This document shows positions 1 through 5,078 of a stretch of 8,388 bases of DNA, piece after piece. Origin of the DNA: a virus (Duplodnaviria > Heunggongvirae > Uroviricota > Caudoviricetes); the IMG/VR virus record IMGVR_UViG_3300028952_000009; one strand, written 5' to 3'. The notes beneath the pieces are model-generated. The model made no database searches and was not told the origin of the DNA. It worked only from the letters and a program-made list of their open reading frames with translations. Made by a program: the position numbers and the translations under genes. Within the stretch, counting starts at the first letter, position 1. Every line of letters starts with the position of its first letter.

Positions 1-36
1 TGAACAGGAGGGACAGCTGATAGAAACAGAAGCCAC
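1..36 (-). CDS. insA: IS1 InsA, first 12 codons only (gene runs off the left edge)
   Basis: Minus strand 36 to 1 reads GTG GCT TCT GTT TCT ATC AGC TGT CCC TCC TGT TCA, i.e. (M)ASVSISCPSCS, matching the recalled InsA N-terminus with a GTG start. Too short to be in the ORF track. Confidence 0.65.
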   Translation of the reverse strand, partial: MASVSISCPSCS

Positions 37-91
37 TGGAGCACCTCAAAAACACCATCATACACTAAATCAGTAAGTTGGCAGCATCACC
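1..91 (-). mobile_element. IS1: IS1 insertion sequence, terminal 91 bp; the element continues beyond the left window edge
   Basis: Positions 69-91 read ATCAGTAAGTTGGCAGCATCACC, the reverse complement of the IS1 terminal inverted repeat GGTGATGCTGCCAACTTACTGAT. Positions 1-68 continue as the reverse complement of the adjoining IS1 interior, including the insA start. The match is to recalled IS1 sequence, not a search. The element boundary is at 91/92 and the flanking bases 92-100 are TGATGGTTA. Confidence 0.8.
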
Positions 92-228
92 TGATGGTTA
101 TATCGGGAAAAGGTTACAGAAGGCTGAGGGCATAATTGAAGGGATGTTAATGGCATTAGATATCCGGTTAGAGATGGATATCGTTGTTAATAACTCTAAT
201 TAATATGCCAATTGTTTACTAAAAATTA

Positions 229-254
229 TTAAAAATGGGGCGTTGAGACGCCCC
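229..254 (-). terminator. Rho-independent terminator for the nmpC / IpeX-like transcript
   Basis: GGGGCG (237-242) and CGCCCC (249-254) form a 6-bp GC stem with a 6-nt loop. On the minus strand the stem is followed directly by a U-rich run (complement of 226-236, AUUUUUAAUAAUUUUU). It lies about 140 nt downstream of the nmpC stop. Confidence 0.6.
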
Positions 255-342
255 CAAAAATAAAGGGTAATATATAACAGAAGGTTTATATAGTTAGAAG
301 CAAGGTTGTGCTTCTAAAGGAAGTGGCTTGAGGGAGCCACTT

Positions 343-382
343 ATATGTTGGGGAGGCAAAGCCTCCCGCAACATATCTTTTT
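343..382 (+). terminator. Plus-strand intrinsic-terminator-like hairpin abutting the 3' end of nmpC
   Basis: ATATGTTGGGGAGGC (343-357), loop AAA (358-360), GCCTCCC-g-CAACATAT (361-376, g368 bulged), followed on the plus strand by CTTTTT (377-382). On the minus strand no U-tract follows it, so its terminator polarity is opposite to nmpC. Confidence 0.45.
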
Positions 383-392
383 CGTAATCAGA

Positions 393-1475
393 TTAGAACT
401 GATACACCAGACCTACAGCGACGATGTCGTCGGTATCAATACCAGCTGTTTTGGTAAACTTACTATCGTCAATTAAGTTGATTTTGTAATCAACAAAAGT
501 GGACATGTTTTTATTAAAGTAGTAAGTAGCACCGACATCGACATACTTGACTAAGTCTCGGTCACCATGAACACCAAGGTCTTTACCTTTTGACTGAAGG
601 TAAGCAACAGATGGTCGCAGACCGAAGTCAAACTGATATTGTGCTACTGCTTCAAAGTTTTGTGCTTTGTTTGCAATATGGTTATTACCAAAAACGGTCA
701 TATTCTGAGTTTCAGAATATGTGGTAGCCAGATAGATATTGTTCGCATCATATTTCAGGCCTGCAGCCCATACTTCCGCATTTTTGCCGGAGGCATTGAA
801 TTTGCTCTTACCATAGGCGACCTGACCGTCAGTGCGATCTGATTTAGCATAGGTTGCACCCACGCCGAATCCTTCATACTCATAAGTAGTGGAGAAACCG
901 AAACCATCACCATTGGCTTCAGTTACGTCAGTGCGGTCATTTTTACCCTGATACTGAGCAGCAAAGTTCAGGCCATCGACCAGACCAAAGAAGTCGTTGT
1001 TACGATAGGTTGCAACACCAGTGGTGCGACCAGTCATGAACACATCTGTTTGGGTCCAGGTATCGCCACCGAATTCTGGCAGAACGTCAGTCCACGCACC
1101 GATGTCGTATGCTACACCGTAGTTACGGCCGTAATCGATTGAGCCGTAGTCACCGAATTTCAGGCCTGCAAATGCAAGACGGGTTTTGTCTTTGGAGGAA
1201 CCTTGAGATTCAGCGCGGTTGCCTTTGAATTCATATTCCCACTGACCGAAACCAGTCAGTTGATCGTTGATTTGGGTTTCACCTTTGAAGCCAAGACGGG
1301 CATAAGTAGTATCACCATCATCTGCATCGTTAGAGGAAAAGTAGTGCTTGGCATTAACTTTCCCGTACAGATCCAGCTTGTTACTGTCTTTATTATAAAT
1401 TTCAGCTGCCTGAGCAGACATCGCCATCAGTACTGATGCAGCTACAGCAGAAATTGCCACTGTTAATTTTTTCAT
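393..1475 (-). CDS. nmpC: Outer membrane porin of the OmpC/OmpF/PhoE family; prophage NmpC/Lc-type porin, apparently intact (360 aa)
   Basis: Full ORF from the track. N-terminal signal peptide [23 protein letters not shown] followed by AEIYNKD; porin-typical motifs; C-terminal aromatic ...VGLVYQF. SD-like AAGGG a few nt upstream of the ATG (complement of 1476-1490). Location between the Q region and the lysis cassette matches DLP12 nmpC and PA-2 lc. No IS5 interruption as in K-12. Confidence 0.92.
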   Translation of the reverse strand: MKKLTVAISAVAASVLMAMSAQAAEIYNKDSNKLDLYGKVNAKHYFSSNDADDGDTTYARLGFKGETQINDQLTGFGQWEYEFKGNRAESQGSSKDKTRLAFAGLKFGDYGSIDYGRNYGVAYDIGAWTDVLPEFGGDTWTQTDVFMTGRTTGVATYRNNDFFGLVDGLNFAAQYQGKNDRTDVTEANGDGFGFSTTYEYEGFGVGATYAKSDRTDGQVAYGKSKFNASGKNAEVWAAGLKYDANNIYLATTYSETQNMTVFGNNHIANKAQNFEAVAQYQFDFGLRPSVAYLQSKGKDLGVHGDRDLVKYVDVGATYYFNKNMSTFVDYKINLIDDSKFTKTAGIDTDDIVAVGLVYQF

Positions 1476-2063
1476 CGTGAGCCCTTTTTTTTGAACTATT
1501 ATTAAAAAATGATGTCACTGCGCGATAAATATTCATCTAATCAATGTGATTATTTCAAGATGTAAGTTTTAGTTTCTCATTTAATTTGTGAAGTAGATCT
1601 CTATTTTTATCTGAACTTTTTCTATCGAAACCTATTTATGGCTCTTATTTGAACAAAAATAAACCTATTAGCTAATTTATATTAATGGCTGTTATTTATG
1701 GGGGTTCTATAATTCAGTGGTTTAATTTAAATCAGCTAAAAATAACGCCGGAAATTATTTATTGGTTATTTGTTGAGGTTTTCTTATATATTTGTGGTGG
1801 TGTTTTGAACACTCGGTAGCATTCTCATAAATATCATTCAGTGGTTTACGTACGTAAAAAATTGGTTATGCTGTTAAGAGTGGTTACTTCGTCACACAGC
1901 TTAAACCCGCCGTCGAGCTGGTTTTTCCATTTTTTGAGTCTCGATATTAGCTGATAACTCAATACCTGAGTTATTCACTGACTCCGAGTCTGTTACGTTT
2001 CTGCTTTTTTGCGATACGTTGTATTCCCTCAATTTACACCCGCTTTGTCTGCGAGGTGGGGTT

Positions 2064-2279
2064 ATGAAATCCATGGATAAGTTAACAACGGGTGTCGCCT
2101 ATGGCACCTCAGCAGGTAGTGCCGGTTACTGGTTTTTACAGCTGCTCGATAAAGTCACGCCCTCACAGTGGGCAGCAATAGGTGTGCTGGGTAGCCTGGT
2201 ATTTGGCCTGCTGACGTACCTGACAAACCTTTATTTCAAGATTAAAGAAGATAAGCGCAAGGCTGCGAGAGGTGAATAA
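2064..2279 (+). CDS. essD: Class II holin (pinholin), phage 21 S-type, 71 aa with dual-start motif
   Basis: ATG at 2064 is preceded by GAGGTGGGG (2053-2061). The product [26 protein letters not shown]... has two transmembrane segments (a Gly/Ala-rich SAR-like TMD1 and a hydrophobic TMD2) and a charged C-terminus. Met1-Lys-Ser-Met4 is the antiholin/holin dual start known for S21. The track ORF begins at 2019, but no RBS supports that start. Confidence 0.9.
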
Positions 2280-2776
2280 TGCCTCCATCATTACGAAAAG
2301 CCGTTGCTGCTGCTATTGGTGGCGGAGCAATTGCTATAGCATCAGTGTTAATCACTGGCCCAAGTGGTAACGATGGTCTGGAAGGTGTCAGCTACATACC
2401 ATACAAAGATATTGTTGGTGTATGGGCTGTATGTCACGGGCATACAGGAAAAGACATCATGCTCGGTAAAACGTATACCAAAGCAGAATGCAAAGCCCTC
2501 CTGAATAAAGACCTTGCCACGGTCGCCAGACAAATTAACCCGTACATAAAAGTTGATATACCGGAAACAACGCGCGGCGCTCTTTACTCGTTCGTTTACA
2601 ACGTGGGCGCTGGCAATTTCAGAACATCGACGCTTCTTCGCAAAATAAACCAGGGCGATATCAAAGGCGCATGTGATCAGCTACGTCGCTGGACATATGC
2701 TGGCGGTAAGCAATGGAAAGGTCTCATGACTCGTCGTGAGATTGAGCGTGAAATCTGTTTGTGGGGTCAGCAATGA
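2279..2776 (+). CDS. rrrD: SAR (signal-anchor-release) endolysin, T4-lysozyme-like muramidase, phage 21 R-type, 165 aa
   Basis: Start ATG overlaps the holin stop (TAATG at 2277-2281). N-terminal weakly hydrophobic Gly/Ala-rich SAR domain [20 protein letters not shown]. Glu35 (2381-2383) and Asp44 (2408-2410) are at T4L-like spacing. Residue 50 is Ala (gct, 2426-2428); see findings. Confidence 0.9.
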   Translation: MPPSLRKAVAAAIGGGAIAIASVLITGPSGNDGLEGVSYIPYKDIVGVWAVCHGHTGKDIMLGKTYTKAECKALLNKDLATVARQINPYIKVDIPETTRGALYSFVYNVGAGNFRTSTLLRKINQGDIKGACDQLRRWTYAGGKQWKGLMTRREIEREICLWGQQ

Positions 2777-3234
2777 ACAGAGTAACCGCGATTATCTCCG
2801 CTCTGGTTATCTGCATCATCGTCTGCCTGTCATGGGCTGTTAATCATTACCGTGATAACGCCATTACCTACAAAGCCCAGCGCGACAAAAATGCCAGAGA
2901 ACTGAAGCTGGCGAACGCGGCAATTACTGACATGCAGATGCGCCAGCGTGATGTTGCTGCACTGGATGAAAAATACACGAAGGAGTTAGCTAATGCGAAA
3001 GCTGAAAATGATGCTCTGCGTGATGATGTTGCCGCTGGTCGTCGTCGGTTGCACATCAAAGCAGTCTGTCAGTCAGTGCGTGAAGCCACCACCGCCTCCG
3101 GCGTGGATAATGCAGCCTCCCCCCGACTGGCAGACACCGCTGAACGGGATTATTTCACCCTCAGAGAGAGGCTGATCACTATGCAAAAACAACTGGAAGG
3201 AACCCAGAAGTATATTAATGAGCAGTGCAGATAG
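2773..3234 (+). CDS. rzpD: Rz i-spanin (inner-membrane spanin subunit), 153 aa
   Basis: ATG at 2773-2775 overlaps the endolysin stop TGA at 2774-2776 (ATGA). N-terminal [23 protein letters not shown], then a coiled-coil-rich periplasmic domain. The track calls a GTG at 2761, which I reject because it lies inside the endolysin and the ATG gives the canonical overlap. Near-identical to recalled lambda Rz. Confidence 0.9.
   Translation: MNRVTAIISALVICIIVCLSWAVNHYRDNAITYKAQRDKNARELKLANAAITDMQMRQRDVAALDEKYTKELANAKAENDALRDDVAAGRRRLHIKAVCQSVREATTASGVDNAASPRLADTAERDYFTLRERLITMQKQLEGTQKYINEQCR
2993..3175 (+). CDS. rzoD: Rz1 o-spanin lipoprotein, embedded in the +1 frame of Rz, 60 aa
   Basis: ATG at 2993 with AGGAG (2981-2985) 7 nt upstream. 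Lipoprotein signal [20 protein letters not shown] with lipobox VVG-C20; mature part is proline-rich (PPPPP). Lies wholly inside the Rz ORF in another frame. Confidence 0.85.
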   Translation: MRKLKMMLCVMMLPLVVVGCTSKQSVSQCVKPPPPPAWIMQPPPDWQTPLNGIISPSERG

Positions 3235-3259
3235 AGCTGCCCATATCGATGGGCAACTC
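3234..3259. terminator. Stem-loop between convergent Rz and bor; possible weak bidirectional terminator or RNA 3'-end stabiliser
   Basis: TGCCCAT (3238-3244), loop ATCG, ATGGGCA (3249-3255), extendable with one mismatch to GAG/CTC (3234-3236 with 3257-3259). No U-tract on either strand, so termination efficiency is doubtful. Confidence 0.3.
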
Positions 3260-3265
3260 ATGCAA

Positions 3266-3559
3266 TTATTGTGAGCAATACACACGCGCTTCCAGCGGAG
3301 TATAAATGCCTAAAGTAATAAAACCGAGCAATCCATTTACGAATGTTTGCTGGGTTTCTGTTTTAACAACATTTTCTGCGCCGCCACAAATTTTGGCTGC
3401 ATCAACAGTTTTCTCCTGTCCAATTCCCGAAACGAAGAAGTGATGGGTGATGGTTTCCTTTGGTGTTACTGCTGTCGGTTTGTTTCCAACAGTAAACGTC
3501 TGTTGAGCACATCCTGTAATAAGCATTGCCAGAGCGGCAGAAAACAACATTTTTTTCAT
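3266..3559 (-). CDS. borD: Bor lipoprotein (lambda bor family, serum-resistance-associated outer membrane lipoprotein), 97 aa
   Basis: Minus-strand ATG at 3557-3559 with AGGA about 7 nt upstream (complement of 3566-3569). Lipoprotein signal MKKMLFSAALAMLITGC (lipobox ITG-C). The track ORF extends to 3607, but the upstream Mets lack a signal-peptide context. Convergent with Rz, as in lambda. Confidence 0.9.
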   Translation of the reverse strand: MKKMLFSAALAMLITGCAQQTFTVGNKPTAVTPKETITHHFFVSGIGQEKTVDAAKICGGAENVVKTETQQTFVNGLLGFITLGIYTPLEARVYCSQ

Positions 3560-3919
3560 CTTATTATCCTGCATTGTTAAAAACGGCAGAATCCTATGTG
3601 ACAACAATTAAACGATAGTTAAATGGATTGATGAAAATTAAAACTATATAGGTGGATGCTCAGCCTATTGGAGGAGGGGGGGCACTCAGAATCCTGTGGA
3701 ATGAAATAAACCGCTCTTTCTGTCCATTACCCTTTTAGCTGCGCTGTATCGTCGCCGTATTCCCGCATTAACCATGACCGTAGCCCGACGGGGAATTCCT
3801 TCTGCGTGAGTGTGCGGGAATAATCAAAAACGATGCACACCGGGTTTTACTGTGCTGACAGACGCAGGGTTACCCTCATAGTCGCTTTTCCGGTGCGATG
3901 GTGGAAGAAACCGGGATGT

Positions 3920-4114
3920 TTATTCATCATCACTCTGGATTGATGTATATGCTCTCTTTTCTGACGTTAGTCTCCGACGGCAGGCTTCAATGACCCAGGC
4001 TGAGAAATTCCCAGACCCTTTTTGCTCAAGAGCGATGTTAATTTGTTCAATCATTTGGTTAGGAAAGCGGATGTTGCGGGTTGTTGTTCTGCGGGTTCTG
4101 TTCTTAGTTGACAT
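3920..4114 (-). CDS. ylcI: Small YlcI/YnfO-family (DUF3950) protein, 64 aa; predicted ribbon-helix-helix-like DNA-binding fold
   Basis: Full ORF from the track. Basic N-terminus (KNRTRRTTTRNIRF) followed by a strand-helix-G-x-S-helix pattern (NIRFPNQMIEQINIALEQKGSGNFSAWVIEACRRRL) typical of RHH proteins. Position immediately upstream of cos matches ylcI in DLP12 and an equivalent small ORF at the right end of lambda, by recollection. The RHH assignment is inference from sequence pattern. Confidence 0.75.
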   Translation of the reverse strand: MSTKNRTRRTTTRNIRFPNQMIEQINIALEQKGSGNFSAWVIEACRRRLTSEKRAYTSIQSDDE

Positions 4115-4313
4115 GAGGTTGCCCCGTATTCAGTGTCGCTGATTTGTATTGTCTGAAGTTGTTTTTACGTTAAGTTGATGCAGATCAATTAATACGATAC
4201 CTGCGTCATAATTGATTATTTGACGTGGTTTGATGGCGTAGATGCACGTTGTGACATGTAGATGATAATTATTATCATTTTGCGGGTCCTTTCCGGCGAT
4301 CCGACAGGTTACG

Positions 4314-4325
4314 GGGCGGCGACCT
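4314..4325. other. cosN: lambda-type cohesive-end site (12-nt GGGCGGCGACCT); cosQ-like sequence lies about 20-35 bp upstream (about 4280-4296)
   Basis: The sequence ACAGGTTACG|GGGCGGCGACCT|CGCGGGTTTTCGC at 4304-4338 matches the recalled junction of the lambda right and left ends around its 12-nt cohesive end. 4170-4313 resembles the recalled lambda right-end sequence. Confidence 0.8.
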
Positions 4326-4352
4326 CGCGGGTTTTCGCTATTTATGAAAATT

Positions 4353-4478
4353 TTCCGGTTTAAGGCATTTCCGTTCTTCTTCGTCGTAACTTAATGTTTT
4401 TATTTAAAATACCCCCTGAAAAGAAAGGAAACGACAGGTGCTGAAAACGAGCTTTTGGGCCTCTGTCGTTTCCTTTCT
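4353..4478. promoter_or_regulatory. cosB: terminase small-subunit (Nu1) binding sites R3, R2, R1, with an AT-rich IHF-type site between R3 and R2
   Basis: R1 CTGTCGTTTCCTTTCT (4463-4478) and its exact inverted copy AGAAAGGAAACGACAG (4423-4438, R2) are seen directly. A degenerate R3-like AAGGCATTTCCGTTCT is at 4353-4368. The AT-rich stretch 4381-4420 is a plausible IHF site. Spacing to cosN and to the Nu1 start (4503) matches the lambda layout. Confidence 0.65.
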
Positions 4479-4502
4479 CTGTTTTTGGCCGTGGAATGAA
4501 CA

Positions 4503-5078
4503 ATGGAAGTCAACAAAAAGCAGCTGGCTGACATTTTCGGTGCGAGTATCCGTACCATTCAGAACTGGCAGGAACAGGGAATGCCCGTTCTGCGAGGCGG
4601 TGGCAAGGGTAATGAGGTGCTTTATGACTCTGCCGCCGTTATAAGATGGTATGCCGAAAGGGATGCTGAAATTGAGAACGAAAAGCTGCGCCGGGAAGTT
4701 GAAGAACTGCGGCAGGCCAGCGAGACAGATCTCCAGCCAGGGACTATTGAGTACGAACGCCATCGACTTACGCGTGCGCAGGCCGACGCACAGGAGCTGA
4801 AAAATGCCAGAGACTCCGCTGAAGTGGTGGAAACCGCATTCTGTACTTTCGTGCTGTCGCGGATCGCAGGTGAAATTGCCAGTATTCTCGACGGGATCCC
4901 CCTGTCGGTGCAGCGGCGTTTTCCGGAACTGGAAAACCGACATGTTGATTTCCTGAAACGGGATATCATCAAAGCCATGAACAAAGCAGCCGCGCTGGAT
5001 GAACTGATACCCGAACACGGCACTGGTCGGCGTGCAGGTGGACTCGGAGCAGTTCGGCAGCCAGCAGGTGAGCCGTAA
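4503..5078 (+). CDS. nohD: Terminase small subunit Nu1 homolog, C-terminally truncated by a deletion: about 170 Nu1-like residues, then a 21-residue out-of-frame tail read from J-derived DNA
   Basis: ATG at 4503. [54 protein letters not shown]... is the Nu1 winged-HTH DNA-binding N-terminus. Nu1 similarity runs to ...[10 protein letters not shown] (through about 5011); the rest ([21 protein letters not shown]) is unrelated. The gpA-interacting extreme C-terminus is therefore lost. Confidence 0.88.
   Translation: MEVNKKQLADIFGASIRTIQNWQEQGMPVLRGGGKGNEVLYDSAAVIRWYAERDAEIENEKLRREVEELRQASETDLQPGTIEYERHRLTRAQADAQELKNARDSAEVVETAFCTFVLSRIAGEIASILDGIPLSVQRRFPELENRHVDFLKRDIIKAMNKAAALDELIPEHGTGRRAGGLGAVRQPAGEP

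Larger units (their letters stand above)
229..392 (-). ncRNA. ipeX: IpeX-like structured 3' UTR RNA downstream of the porin gene (inhibitor of porin expression); 5' boundary uncertain
   Basis: About 165 nt of untranslated sequence between the nmpC stop (393-395) and the terminator at 237-254. It holds three tandem perfect hairpins (343-376, 15 bp with one bulge; 321-342, 8 bp; 294-317, 9 bp), then an AU-rich spacer, then the terminator. Position matches the published description of ipeX as lying between the nmpC stop and its terminator in DLP12 and downstream of lc in phage PA-2. Identity by position and structure only; I cannot confirm sequence identity to ipeX. Confidence 0.45.

Noticed and set aside
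92-228. Possible tiny ORFs (13-19 aa, e.g. ATG at 150) between the IS1 end and the porin terminator
   Set aside because: Too short and without convincing RBS spacing. This is more likely untranslated sequence downstream of the terminator.
639-1436. Plus-strand ORFs of 67 aa and 77 aa inside nmpC
   Set aside because: Antisense to the porin gene; no RBS and no recognisable features.
2019-2063. Upstream in-frame start extending the holin by 15 codons ([15 protein letters not shown]...)
   Set aside because: No RBS. The GAGGTGGGG Shine-Dalgarno sits at 2053-2061, positioned for the ATG at 2064, and the 71-aa product matches the known pinholin length and dual-start motif.
1476-2063. Search for a tRNA gene in the long intergenic region (tRNAs occur between Q and the lysis genes in some lambdoid phages)
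   Set aside because: No T-loop-like GTTCGAATC or GTTCAAATC motif and no cloverleaf-compatible arrangement found by eye.
2348-3607. Small ORFs antisense to the endolysin, Rz and bor (61, 63, 70 and 77 aa)
   Set aside because: Each lies wholly within and opposite to a confidently assigned gene. The proline-rich Rz1 at 2993-3175 is the only embedded ORF with an RBS and a lipoprotein signal, so only that one was accepted.
3676-3682. Homopolymeric G7 tract in the bor-ylcI intergenic region
   Set aside because: It could be a slipped-strand site, but it is not in a coding region or an obvious promoter spacer, so a phase-variation role has no support.
3840-3919. CCGGT...ACCGG inverted repeat just downstream of the ylcI stop as a candidate terminator
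   Set aside because: The loop is about 15 nt and no U-tract follows on the minus strand, so it is not a convincing intrinsic terminator.
4404-5023. Minus-strand ORFs of 204 aa and 133 aa overlapping Nu1, and a 68-aa plus-strand ORF at 4438-4644
   Set aside because: They are antisense or out of frame relative to the well-supported Nu1 gene. The 68-aa ORF would begin inside cosB with no SD. All are frame artefacts.
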